DNA from: Monocercomonoides exilis PA203
Taxonomy: Eukaryota > Protista > Preaxostyla
Length of the DNA: 64,000 nucleotides
Direction of reading: 5' to 3'
Assembly (NCBI GenBank): GCA_001643675.2
Contig: LSRY02000012.1
Coordinates: 1,240,001 to 1,304,000, forward strand
Shown: one piece after another, positions 23,797 to 36,859 of the stretch
Numbering within the stretch: the first letter of the stretch is position 1
Layout of the letters: each line of letters starts with the position of its first letter
Notes under the pieces: generated by a model
Told to the model about the DNA's origin: nothing
Databases searched by the model: none
What the model saw: only the letters and a program-made list of their open reading frames with translations
Position numbers and translations under genes: made by a program

Positions 23797-26199
23797 TCAA
23801 CCATTTTGCCATTGGTCCAAAATAGAGACATAATTTCGCATTGAAATTGTTTTCCGATCAAACACCGTTCCGCTTGGTGTTACAACAGGAGGCAAAGTTG
23901 TTGCAGAAGAAGTGTCTAAGCTGTTTGAAGAAGGAGTTGATTTCAATGATGGCGAATTAGATAACGGGGATAAAGGAACGGAAGATGCCGATTGAGATGA
24001 AAAAGGATTCATCATATCCATTTCCGAAGGAGCACCAGCTGACAAACAAGGTGGAGAAGGGGTGGTTGAAGATGACGTTGTAATTGCATCGTCTGTAATA
24101 ACACTGTTTGCTGCTGATTGTGATTGAGATGCTGATAAATCTTCTTCCACAGAAAGTTGTGCAATTTCGTGTGGCTGAGATTCACATCCATAGCATCTTG
24201 AAGATTCCAACTTATCGACGAAATTCTCAAGTATTTTGATTGCATAATTCCTGATTGCTTGGTTCTTTGATTCCAGTGCAATCTGCTGAGTGATATCTTT
24301 TCCACCACACAAATAAAACTCCCACAGACATGTGTTGTAGTTGAACATCTTCATCTTCCTATCACTTTCAGGATCCAGTTCCTTTTCTCCAAACAACACA
24401 GAATTCCTCACTAAATCTGCAGTTGCTTCACCAAACAACAGAAGATGATGAATTATTTGCAACGCAAGCTCAGCCCATTGAACATTATCAGAATTTATGA
24501 AATGCGACAGAATTGCAATTACTTTCTTTGATAACAAAATCTCAATAAAGCTTGCCTCGCTGAAAGCAAGGCTGAGTACGATGTGCAACGCAGATGTCAC
24601 CAAACGACCCGATGCCTCCTTTCCAATTGGAGGTGTTCTCAAAATCTCTTTCCACCCTCTGCTGACGAGCACAGCACACACAGCATCCACAAGTCCAGCA
24701 TTTACAACTTCTTCAATAAATCTGCTTTCACCTTTGCATATGTTGGATGAAGCAAAAAATGCTTCTTCTAAAAGTTCTTCATCAGGAATGAAAAGCGACT
24801 GAGCAAAAAGAGGTATAAAATTTGCAGAAATTAATGCTTCTGTTTGGCTGTTTGCACCGCATGTTATACTTCCAAATACATAAAATAGATTTGTTGCAAC
24901 ACTAATTGGAACATCCTGACAAAAAGAAATCAACATTGGCAATAACCCTTCTGCAATGATAAGCTTTGGAAAAGAAGTGATATAATATATATAAAGAAAT
25001 AAAAAAATACGTAGTTTCAGTAAAACAAAATGCACACCTGACAATATTTGTTGCTTCCAGTCGTAAGATACCTCAAAGCTAATGCAACTTTTTTCATCAC
25101 CTTTGGAATGGAACATTTCTTCTCTTTTAATAATCGACAAATCACTCCAAACGCCGGCTCAACTGCTGGATTATTTGCTTGTTCAAATGTAATTATAGAA
25201 ATTAATTTAGCAATCATCATGCAAATCTCGTTATCTTCTGAATGAGTGGAATAAGCCACCGCACAAGCTAAAGCAGCGCCTTCATCAACAACATAAACGA
25301 GAAGATGCCGAAACTCCACGGAAAAATTGCGCAGTCCCCATAATGCCTTGAGAAAAGAAAAGAAGAGATTCCACAAAACAAAGTAATGGAATAAAAAACA
25401 AAAAGTTTAAAAAACATTGTATTTTATACAAATAATAAAGCACAAGCATTAATGAAACAAATGACTGATAAAAAAGAAATTATAAAAAATTCACACTTGA
25501 TGAACAACATCTTTATGCTTTGAACGAGTTAATTTTAAAAGGCTTGCGACAGCTCCCGAATACGCAATGTAATCAATATGTGTTTTCTCGTTTGTTAGTG
25601 CAACTAAGTCCAACACGTTTACAGTCACAAAATAAAAAATAATTAAATGAAAATTTATTTAAACAAAAAACCTATATTGCTCAGACACCAAGCAGCATTT
25701 AACTTTTATGGATGGAACAAAATTCAATATATTAACTTTTTATTGCTTCCAAAAAAAACAAACTTGTACTGAAGGATTCTCATCTTGATTCATCAAGCGA
25801 ATAAACGTATGAATTGCGTCAGTTCGAAAAATAAATCGAACATCCCGAGACGTTGCTGAAAAAAAAAATTAAGCAATAAACATAATAAACGCAAACTATT
25901 AGAAAGATATTTCTTCAATGAACTAAGAGCGTTACTCATAACAGAAAAATCTGGAGAAGATAACAATTTTATGTTTTCACACATCTGCTTCACCTATTAT
26001 CAAAAGTTGGAAAACTTAGCAGAGATATAATGAAAGTTAAAAAGACCTCATTTTCTTCTTCCTCTGATTTTTGTCTTGAATCAACAAGTCTGTAATCATG
26101 CAGCATATCTTCTCTATTTCTTAAACGAAGCGAGGTTGCCCTGGAATCTTTTTGCATACGAAGAACAGGCTGATCAATTAGGGATTGAAATCTAGACAT
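23797..26199 (-). CDS. Importin-alpha-like ARM-repeat protein, multi-exon
   Basis: IBB-like N-terminus (RATSLRLRNREDMLHDYR); ARM-like segments (ALWGLRNFS, ALALRYLTTG, EEAFFASSNICKG); Ser-rich tail; several GT-AG introns. Confidence 0.7.
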
Positions 26200-26390
26200 T
26201 CGACAATTTTCTTGAAAGAAAACTTTATTTGAGCTTTTAGGCTCTAACATTTCTATCGATTCCAGCACGAGATTTCCTTCAACTCAACGCAATGATGCTT
26301 TAATCCACAACAATAAAAAAATAAAAAATTGTTATTTTCTAATTGATCTGAATTGCTTAAAAATATCGATTTTCGTCATTTGAAAGAGAG

Positions 26391-28774
26391 ATGAGCATTT
26401 CACATACCGTAACACTTGTTTTAATTTTAATGGCTATAATGATTATAGCTATATTTTATTATTTAAGAAAACCTACAAGCCAAACATCAATTGCAATTGT
26501 TGTACTTGGAGATATTGGTCACAGCCCTAGAATGCAGGTAATTTTAAATTTTTTCTCAATAATTAATAAAGAAGTCCATATTAAGTATCATTCATTGTCT
26601 TTTGCATCATTGTTAAACTATTCTGTGCATTTAATTGGCCTATCAGGCTCAACTTGCAGGCCTGAAGTTATCAATAATCCAAACATCCACATACACGCTA
26701 TGAAAGCTTTTCCAAGGTATAAATATCGAATTTTTTTGAAGAATTTATCATCCTTTTTAAGAATCAAATTTCTTCCATATATCGCATTTGCAGCAATGAA
26801 ATCTATGTACATGGCTATAAAAATGTTTATTCAATTGTTAATCATTCCCAGGCCCAATTACATTCTTTTGCAAAATCCACCATGCATTCCAACAATGTTT
26901 ATTTGCGTTATAGTTTCATTTTTGAGAGGAAGTACTTTTGCAATTGACTGGCACAACCTTGGCTTTACAATCCTTTCACTTAAACTTCCACCGAAGGAAG
27001 AGAAAAAAGATAAAGGCAAAAAAGGAGAAAGCGGTTTGATACCTCCTGGATCTGAAGCTCACATATTGGTGCGATTGGCGTATCATTACGAGCGCATTTT
27101 AGCAAGAACTGCAAAGATCAATTTGTGCGTATCAAATGGAATGAAAAAGTGGCTTAAACAGTATTTTAATATTGAAGCAACAACCGTTTATGATAAGCCA
27201 CCCGACTTCGTCGGTAAAGGTGCTAAAGAAACTGAAAAAAGAAAAAAGAATGAAGAAAGAATGCAAAAGAAAGGAAGCAGCACTCTCACAGAAATGGGTG
27301 AGGTGCTTGATGAACAAGTAGAAAATGAAAGGAAAGCAAACGAATTAAATCGGATATTCAAGCTTTATCACTCCGGCTTTGATGGCTTTTCATTTGACAA
27401 GCCCAAAATAGCTGGCAATAAAAAGGAGACGGAGAAATCATCTCATTCATCATCATCATCATCTTCTTCTTCAGACTTCACATTTTCATCAATAACACAA
27501 CCAGCAGATTCACCAACAAAACCTTTTGGAATAGATAAAACGCTTGATGATCCAGACGTCTCAAAAGGCGAGAAGGCTTCAACAAAAATCTATTGTCCGT
27601 TTGTCGAAAGAGACAAAGATGGAAGACTAAAACTGAAGGAATCACGACCAGCTCTGCTTGTAAGTCCAACCTCTTGGACGCCTGGTATGTTGTGTTGGAG
27701 TTGATTTCACTGTTATTTTTGTGGGCGCCAACGATAACTTTGCTTCCATTTATTCTTTTTCACAATTGTTATCTGTCGAAATTCGAAAATCAAAATCAGG
27801 AAAATTTTTTCATTAATAATGATAAATGTTTGAAAATTCAATTTCTTGCTATTCTTGTTTATAGACGAAGATTTCACTCCACTACGCGAAGCTCTTGTAA
27901 AAGCAGAAGAGGAAATACGTAAAAGGCATATCACAAACTTCCCAAGAGTCCTTCTTTGCATAACAGGAAAAGGTTTCATTTCCAATTTTTGAAATTATTA
28001 ACCAAAAAATTATCAACTTTTCTATTATTTTTATTTGAAAACCCTTCACAAATTAGGTCCTCTGTTGTCTTATCACCTGTCCAAGCTGCACGAATTGCAT
28101 CTCTCTTTCTTCTCTGCCCATCCTCTGTGGCTGGAAAGCGCAGATTATCCAAGATTTCTGTCCTGTGCCGACGCTGGCGTGTCGATGCATCAATCATCAA
28201 GCGGAATTGATTTGCCGATGAAAGTTGTGGACATGTTTGGCTGCGGAGTGCCAGCTATCGCAAGGCAGTTTAAATGGTGTGGATGAAAAATCAAATATTG
28301 CTTAACATATTGTCGAAACTCTAGTTACAATTTTTGAATTTTTTTTCTTGAAGATAATATTTTTGTTTGCGTTTATACATTCATTACGATTCAAACCCTT
28401 TCATATTTGTACGTATATGAATTATTATGTAGCATCAATGAATTGGTCAAAGATAATGTCAATGGAGTGCTCTTCGATACTTCTCAACAACTCACCGAAC
28501 ATCTCTTAGATCTCCTGAACGATTTCCCACACAATGAGAAACTTTCTCAACTGTCAAAGAATGTGCAATCTGGAACGGTTTATAATTTCTATTTGATTTC
28601 TTTTGCAAAAGACTATTTCATTCTTATTAAATGTGTTAATTTTCAACATTCAAATATTTTCGCTAATAATCCTTTTCACGTACAATTGATTTATTCCTTT
28701 AGGAGCGTTGGACTTCTTGCTGGTCGCGTTGTGCAAAACCTTTGTTTCCTCCAATAAATAGAAAAAAGGATTAG
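26391..28774 (+). CDS. ALG1: Chitobiosyldiphosphodolichol beta-mannosyltransferase, 7 exons
   Basis: After splicing: VLGDIGHSPRMQYH, LQNPP, IDWHN, SWTPDEDF, TGKGP, HQSSSGIDLPMKVVDMFGCG. Confidence 0.97.
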
Positions 28775-29054
28775 AATTTTAATTTTTTTTAAATATTGTC
28801 ATTAACATTTTGCGTATTTTTGTATGAATATTGGAAATAATGAAAAAAAAAGCATTTCTGGCTTTCTTGTTCAGCATTTTTCAAAAATAGGAAAAATCTC
28901 TTGTGAGGGAATCTTTTGAATGGATCGTCATTTTAACAATGTGCACTGAAATGCTCTTGACATTTTCGAAATAATTACGCATCAACATTATTGTTAATTT
29001 TAAACAAGAAACAGAAAAAGCGAAATGAAAAACACGAGAAAAAATTATTGTAAT

Positions 29055-32000
29055 TTATGCTTGCTTTCCTTTAGGTGTTTTGGAGGAAGGGGACATCTTT
29101 GGAGATTTGGAGCCACCAGATTTTGCTCGAGTTTTTGGAGTCTTTGATGTCTTTTGCTGCTGTTCGGGAAGTGCAGAAGGTGGAGATGGCGCGACTTGGG
29201 CGCGTGGAGATGAAGAGCCAGCTGCTTTTGTGTTGCCCGACTGGCGGCGGTTGGCAGGGGCAGAGGCAGGCGGTGCTGACGGGGATTCTTTATCTCCCAT
29301 CAGCGATGGTGATTCTGCTTGCTCTGCTGGCTGCGATTGAACGATTGTTCGAGTTGGATTGATAGCTCCTCTTTCGTCAATGATTTCTTCTTCTTCCTCG
29401 TCTTCCTCTTCCTCATTTTGCTGACTTTGCTGTTCTGGATTGGTTTCATCCACAGACTCAACATTTGCTTTGCCAGGTGCTTCTGCTTGTGGTCGCATGC
29501 AAGATAAGACAGATACTACGATCAGAACTGTGAAGAATGACATGGCACCAGCAGCTAGTATTGACTGTAGAGAGAGAGGAATAAATGAAATGATGGAATA
29601 AAGAATATTTGATAATCATATGAATGCAAAGAAATTAACAGAAGAATCACGTGAAATAAAGAAATATATAAGTGAGATTTGAACGAAAACTTTATTCGCA
29701 AACTTTCCAGTGATCTTGAAATACATTTTTGACAATTGCAATTATGTTGTTCAATTTTCCTTCTCCATCATCAGAATTTGAGCCAATTGTAAATCCTTTC
29801 ACTTTGCTTGGTTTAACTTTACCATTCCTGACCTTCTCTAAGAAATCAATCATTTTTTGCTGATTCCATCCATTTGTCTGAGATTTGTCGCGATTTGGTT
29901 GGGCCATTGTGTAATTCATGCTTTATAAAAAATCGACAATAAAATAAAATAAAATAAAATAAAATAAAATAAAATAAAATAAAATAAAATAAAATAAAAT
30001 AAAATAAAATAAAATAAAATAAAATAAAAATAAAATAAAATAAAATAAAATAAAATAAAATAAAATAAAATAAAATAAAATAAAATAAAATAAAATAAAA
30101 TAAAATAAAATAAAATAAAATAAAATAAAATAAAATAAAATAAAATAAAATAAAATAAAATAAAATAAAATAAAATAAAATAAAATAAAATAAAATAAAA
30201 TAAAATAAAATAAAATAAAATAAAATAAAATAAAATAAAATAAAATAAAATAAAATAAAATAAAATAAAATAAAATAAAATAAAATAAAATAAAATAAAA
30301 TAAAATAAAATAAAATAAAATAAAATAAAATAAAATAAAATAAAATAAAATAAAATAAAATAAAATAAAATAAAATAAAATAAAATAAAATAAAATAAAA
30401 TAAAATAAAATAAAATAAAATAAAATAAAATAAAATAAAATAAAATAAAATAAAATAAAATAAAATAAAATAAAATAAAATAAAATAAAATAAAATAAAA
30501 TAAAATAAAATAAAATAAAATAAAATAAAATAAAATAAAATAAAATAAAATAAAATAAAATAAAATAAAATAAAATAAAATAAAATAAAATAAAATAAAA
30601 TAAAATAAAATAAAATAAAATAAAATAAAATAAAATAAAATAAAATAAAATAAAATAAAATAAAATAAAATAAAATAAAATAAAATAAAATAAAATAAAA
30701 TAAAATAAAATAAAATAATAAAAAGAAATATTGAATAATAAAAATAATTTAATAGAGAATATTTCATTGAAAAAATTTAATTTGTATTTTAATTTGCAAA
30801 TTCAAAACAATTCTCACATAAACTACTTTGAAATGATTACCCACATACTTATGTTTCCAATTGATAACAAAAAAATCAGGAATGCCAACCGAAGAAACGT
30901 TGTAGAAATCAGCAAAGCCAGGAAACTTGGTATGGTCAACCACAATAAAGAAATAGTATGGATTGTAAACAGATGATGGAGAAAGATAATTTCTTGGGAC
31001 TTTCATTTTTGAGTCAGGAGTGAATAAATCAAAATTCTTTGCAGTATTTTCATACATGTCCATAAATCTTATGAAATATAAAATCAAAATTAATAAAAAT
31101 GAAATATCGAATTATAAACATAAAGCTCAAAAATTCATTATATAAATCTCTTGGAGATAAAAAGCGACAGCATTTCAAATAAAAAAATTTCAAAGATGAA
31201 TCAAAATATTTCATTTTTCCTTGTCCATGTCTTTCTTTCTTTCTTTCTCTCTCTCTTTCACAACAAAAGCACACTCTTTGCTTTCTTCTTTGTCTCTTCC
31301 TTTGACAACAGCAACAACAGTCCGAACTTCATCGACATGTGTGTTCTTTGCCATATCAACAGTGAAAGAAGGAAGGAATGGATGTTGATAAACAGAAAAG
31401 AATGATTCCATTTCTGATGCTGTAGGGAGCATAAATTCCAACATGGATGTTGACTGAGACAGTGCAGACGAAGAAGCAGAAAATGGAGAGCCAAATTGTC
31501 TGGAGTGAGACATAGGAGGGCATCTGTGATTGTATTTTGTTCCATTTGCAGTCGATATCAAGATTGCTGGAGCAGTGGGAGGCATCGTTTTTGGCTTGTT
31601 TAATGAAATTTGATCAGCTTTTTCATTTCGAATTTGATTGGCTTTGTACTGCTTCATGCTATAGTAATATTCTTTCACTGCTTTTACATAATCTTTCTTC
31701 AAATCATCACCAATGCTTAATTGAGAAAGAAGGGCGTTGACTGTTCTGTGCTTTTCATCCAAAAGCTTTATATCGTCGGCTGATTCTACTGATGTGTCTT
31801 TATTCTTCTCATCCATCAATGGCCATTGCAGATGGAAAAATGCTGACAATGTTCCCTTTTTTTCTGTTGCCAAATGTGTGAAAAAGAAATGTGGCTCAGG
31901 AGAAATAAAAACGAACGTAGATCGTTCGTGAGAGTCCTCAACATATCCAAGAGTTTGTGCAGGCGTATAATAAGTAGACGCAATATCGGGAAGATTTTCT

Positions 32001-32777
32001 GGCCGAACGGTTGCAGATGTAATTACAGGTGATTGATTAAGTTTGGCGGCAAATTGTGTCATTTCAACAACATTATAATCAAATTCAAATGTTGAAATAT
32101 ATGAACCTACACCAAGAAATAAGATGTTTAAATATTCCAAAATGCAATATCTAAAATCTCATACCATTGGAAAAAAATCGAACACGCGGATATTTTGTAA
32201 TTCCTAATGCAACACAAAGATCATTATCAGCTTCACAATCAACGTTTCCAACACGAACTCCGGGCGGAGGATTTTCTGAAACCTTATTAAATTCAGGTTC
32301 CATTTTCCTGCATCTTGGACACCTACAAAAAGACCGAAATATTTTTATAATGAATGGAAAACACAAGAAATTTTGCAAAAAATTTTTTTCATAAATACGC
32401 AAAATAAAGAAATTTGTATTCGAACCATGGGGCAAAAAACCGCTAATTTTCATGATGACATAAATCAATAAAAATTACAATTGTTGAAAAATTAAGAAAA
32501 AACATCAAAATTTTGAGATGAACAAGCGACATAAATAATTCAGCATCCATACAATACTGGCCATATGATTTTAAAATTAATATTCAAAAAATAAAAGAAT
32601 ACATTAGTATCAACTTATAAAATATCAAATGATAAGAAAATATAGATACAGCCAGTTTCCCTCAGCAATTGTTTCATTAAACTGTGACGCAGGAATTAGC
32701 TGTGGCAAGCAAATTCCGCTGTTCAATATTAATGCAATGCTCAAAATATATTTGATGAAACAAAACATTTTTGACAT
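29055..32777 (-). CDS. TMX-like thioredoxin-domain type I membrane protein (PDI family), multi-exon
   Basis: Signal peptide; spliced FAPWCPRC active site with an intron inside the Trp codon; VGNVDCEADNDLCVALGITKYP; C-terminal TM helix and low-complexity cytosolic tail. Confidence 0.8.
29938..30716 (+). repeat. (AAAAT)n pentanucleotide microsatellite, ~155 units, intronic
   Basis: Near-perfect array with one extra A near 30026-30030. It lies between two exons of the TMX-like gene. Confidence 0.98.
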
Positions 32778-32953
32778 GATGCCATAATAAAATATTGTTT
32801 ACAAAAAATCACAAAAAACAATAACTTCTGCAAATGTCTTAATCCTTTTGTGAAACATAGTGATTGTTCAGAAATTTCTTCATGTGAACTTATCAAGTTA
32901 AATTTTGTATTGGGTTAGATGAGTGAAAAAATTTGTATTTTGTTGATTTTGAG

Positions 32954-35900
32954 ATGAGTATTGCTTCTTACTTTAATAAGAAAAACTCTCAATCAAATTC
33001 AAACATTCAAACATATCATGCTCAACCTTCTTCCCCGGCCCAACTTCACAGCTCTGAAAAACATGACAATATGATTGAAAGTCGTTTTCAAAAGAGTCAA
33101 AATTCAAATCAGTTTGAAATTTAATTTTGAAAATAAAAATTCCTTTTTGTTGTGAACTTTAATATTTTATTTTGCCTTTTCTTTCAGAGGTTTTTACAAA
33201 AGTGATTCTTATCAACGTAATTACCAAGCATCTTCAGCTCCTCTTCCACAAAAAACACCACAACAAACTTATTCAACTTCCTTCAATTCTTCGACTCCTC
33301 CTCCAACTGCTAAAAAACCTTTCTATTCTTCATCACCACAATCTTCATCAAGACCATCTTATTCTTCAGGAATGCCCATGCCTAGTTCTTCTTGGAAACA
33401 ATCACATCAACAACAATATCAGCGCTCAAATCAATATTACAAAGGCTATAATCAACAAAGAAATTTTTCTTCAACATCTTCACAATCTTTATATAGTCCT
33501 TCGTTTTCACAAATAGATTTTAGTCTTATAACTCGAAATTCTTTCAGCGCAAAGTGCAATCCGATTTGCGACGCAGTTATGAATATTTTTAAAAGAATAC
33601 CAGGAAGACATTATGATGGAGAAATGCGCGAATGGATTTTCCCTCTTTCTCAACATGATAATCTTTCAGCAATTCTTTGCTCAGAATATTATAAATCAAA
33701 ATCTCCATCATCAGGCTATGCCATCAACAAGCTGAACGTATTACCAAAATCTGTACTAAGGGTATTTAGCAAGTACATGACATGCACAGAGGAGAACCCT
33801 CAGCCCCCGCCTTTAGTCGCCACACCAAGCGAAGTCAGGCTAATGGACCGAATGCCTCTTGCATTGCGTTCTGCTTTATTCCCATTTCAGGAAGAAGGCG
33901 TGCTGTTTCTCCTGCGGCGTGAGGGGCGTGGGATGATTGGAGACGAAATGGGGCTGGGAAAGACTCTGCAAGCGCTGGCTGTAGCGTCGGTGTATCACAA
34001 CGAGTGGCCGCTGCTTGTGATCTGCCCATCGACGCTGCGGTTTCAGTGGTCAGAGGCGATTGAGAAGTGGTGTGCACCGTTTGTGGACGAAGGCGGAGTG
34101 AAAGTGATTATGAGTCAGATGGATGAAGTAACGGGAAAAGAATCAGCGGTTGTGATTTCGTACCAGATGTGTGTGAATCAGATCTCGAGCATTGTGAAGG
34201 CTCGCTTCGGAGTGATCATTGCCGATGAATCGCACCAGCTGAAGAACGGGAAATCACAGCGGGCGAAAGTGATTCTGCCGCTCATTCAGACAACGAAGCG
34301 TGCAGTGATGCTGACAGGGACACCCGCCATCAACCGGCCGGTTGAGCTGTTTTCGCAGATCAGCTGCCTGCGGAGGGACCTGTTCCCGACGATGGCGGAG
34401 TTTGGGCGGCGCTACTGCGAGATGAAGCAGATGCCACGGTGGGTGGACTACTCAGGAGCAACAAACTTGAAGGAGCTGCACCTGCTGCTGGAAGAGACAG
34501 TGATGATCAGGAGGCTGAAGAAGAATGTGCTCACACAGCTGCCGAAGAAGAGCAGAGTTGCAATCTACTTAAACATTGGGGAGAATAAGATGAAGGAGCT
34601 GAAGGAGGCTGTGAAGGAGGCAACAGAAGCAGCCACAGCGCGAAAGAGGGAAATTGTGCAATCCTTAAATCTATCGTCAGGGTTATCGTCATCATCTGCA
34701 TCATCCTCGTTTGGCTCAGGCGGCTTTGGCCAATCAGACAAAAGCGACGACATTGCAGACGCCAACACGATTATCAAGCAGTATCAGCTGACTGGCAAAG
34801 CGAAGCTGGATGCGGTGTGCGAGTATCTGCACGACCAGCTGGAGAAGAAGGAGAAGTTTCTTGTGTTTGCGCATCATCGCATTGTGATGGACGGGATCTG
34901 CCAGATTTTTGAGAGCAACGACGACTACATCCGCATCGATGGAGACACTCCCGCTGCTGATCGGCACATGTATGTGCGCTATTTCCAAGAGGAGGAGCGC
35001 TGCAAAGCGGCTGTGCTGTCACTGAAGGCAGCGTCGACAGGGCTGACGCTAACGGAGGCGTCGCGGGTGATCTTTGCAGAGCTCAGCTGGACGCCCGGGG
35101 TGCTTGTGCAGGCAGAGGACAGAGTGCACAGAATTGGCCAGTTCAATCCGGTGTGTGTGACGTACCTGCTGGCTAAGGGCACAGTCGACGAGGCAATTTG
35201 GGCGATGATCCAGAAGAAGCTGGAGGTGATTGGCGATGCACTGAACGGCAACAAGATCCGGCTGCAGGCATCGACTGAGGAAAGAGTGGTGAATATGCAG
35301 CGGCTGAGGATGCTGCAAGGGAAGAAGGCGCTGATGATGATTGGACGTGGGGAGATGCTGGATGACAACATGGAGCTGTTCAATGAAGGTGTGGATGGAG
35401 GAGATTTCGATGCGGGAAGCCAACTCAGAGACAAGTCACAGTCGCAAATTGTCGATTTTTTCAAGCCAGTTTTTGATGTGCCAGATCCGAACAAAGTGGA
35501 AGGAGCAGAGAAGTTCTTTGAAGACGAGTTGGAACAGCGGCTGATGAGCGAAGATATGGCGTCTGTGCAGAACGAGGGGCTGAAAGGGAAGAATTCTTCT
35601 TTTGCTTCATTCCCTTCATCATCATCTTCATCGTTGTCATCTTCATCTTCTTCTCGTTCGAACATACAAAGCTCAAGCATGTTTGGAGGGCACGTGGAAA
35701 CAGACGTCACACGCGAGGGTGAGCCTGTTCGTATCACTCATTTCTCGCCTAATTCACTCAGAACAAGCACATCCTCTGCTTCTGGCTTTGGATCTTCCTC
35801 TAAAACGGGCACTGACTCACTGCAAAGTAATCTTCCTGTGAAAAGGCAGGACGGAACGATTGATCCGATGGATATTGATGCGACGTTTGGGATGGGCTGC

Positions 35901-36485
35901 TTTGCAGACGGAGACGAATTCGAGCCGCTTGATCCGAAAGAGGAGCTGAAGGATGTGAAGGACAGCAAAGGAGGAGAATTCGGCTTTGATCAGAACGAAA
36001 GTGTGATGATCGTTGAGGACAATAGCATTGCTGATTTGACAAACGAAGAAGCTTTTCAGAATCCGAAAATTAGCGAATTAGAAATAGAAGGAAATAGCAA
36101 AGATGAACAAAAGAATGAAGACAAAGAAGAACCCACAGCAACAAAGCCAGAACAAATGTCACCTGCACCAAAAAGAAAGTTTCATGATTTGATGGAAATA
36201 TACGAAAATGAAGGAGAGGAGGAAGATGATTCAAATGTTAATGAAACCAAAATAGAAGTTATTGAAGACAACGAAAGGGAAAACAACTTTGGAAATTTGG
36301 AACAGTATGGGAAATCACGGAAACTATCGAGCGAGGAAATAGCTAGGCAATTTGCTGATATTCACGATAATATTTCGAGTGATGAGATGAAACTTCCAGA
36401 GTTCACAATAAATACCGGTTTTTCAGATGTTCCATTTCCAATTGATGACGTTGTCGAGGGACCAGACAACGATGAATGGACATGA
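32954..36485 (+). CDS. SMARCAL1: SMARCAL1/HARP-type SNF2 annealing helicase, 2 exons
   Basis: HARP-like segment (IFKRIPGRHYDGEMREWIFPL), DEMGLGKT, DESH, LTGTP, RIDG, QAEDRVHRIGQ. Confidence 0.9.
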
Positions 36486-36859
36486 ACATTGCATTAAATC
36501 CCTTGTAATTCTAAACCAATGTAACATTTCATCAGAAGTATGTATCAAGGAGGAGAAAGATGATTTTGAGGAATGAAAGATAATTGATTACATGCAAATA
36601 TGGAAATGCAAATTTCCTCCATTGAAAAGCAGCAAAAATTGAATTGTGCATATTTCTTGACCATTAATCTAGTGCTTTGGATCCTGCTAATAAATCATTA
36701 GATAATCATCAAAGTTATTCCTCCTCATTTAATTATATTGTGGAATTATGATCAATATTTTTTTTTGATTTGAAACGTACAATAGAGCATGTCTACAGCT
36801 GATTTTAAAGAAGGAACAAGATAGTTTTTGATTTTCCCCTGTTCCAAAGCTATCTTGGA

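Noticed and set aside
29916-30767. 283-aa (ILFYF)n ORF
   Set aside because: It is the translation of the intronic (ATTTT)n microsatellite.
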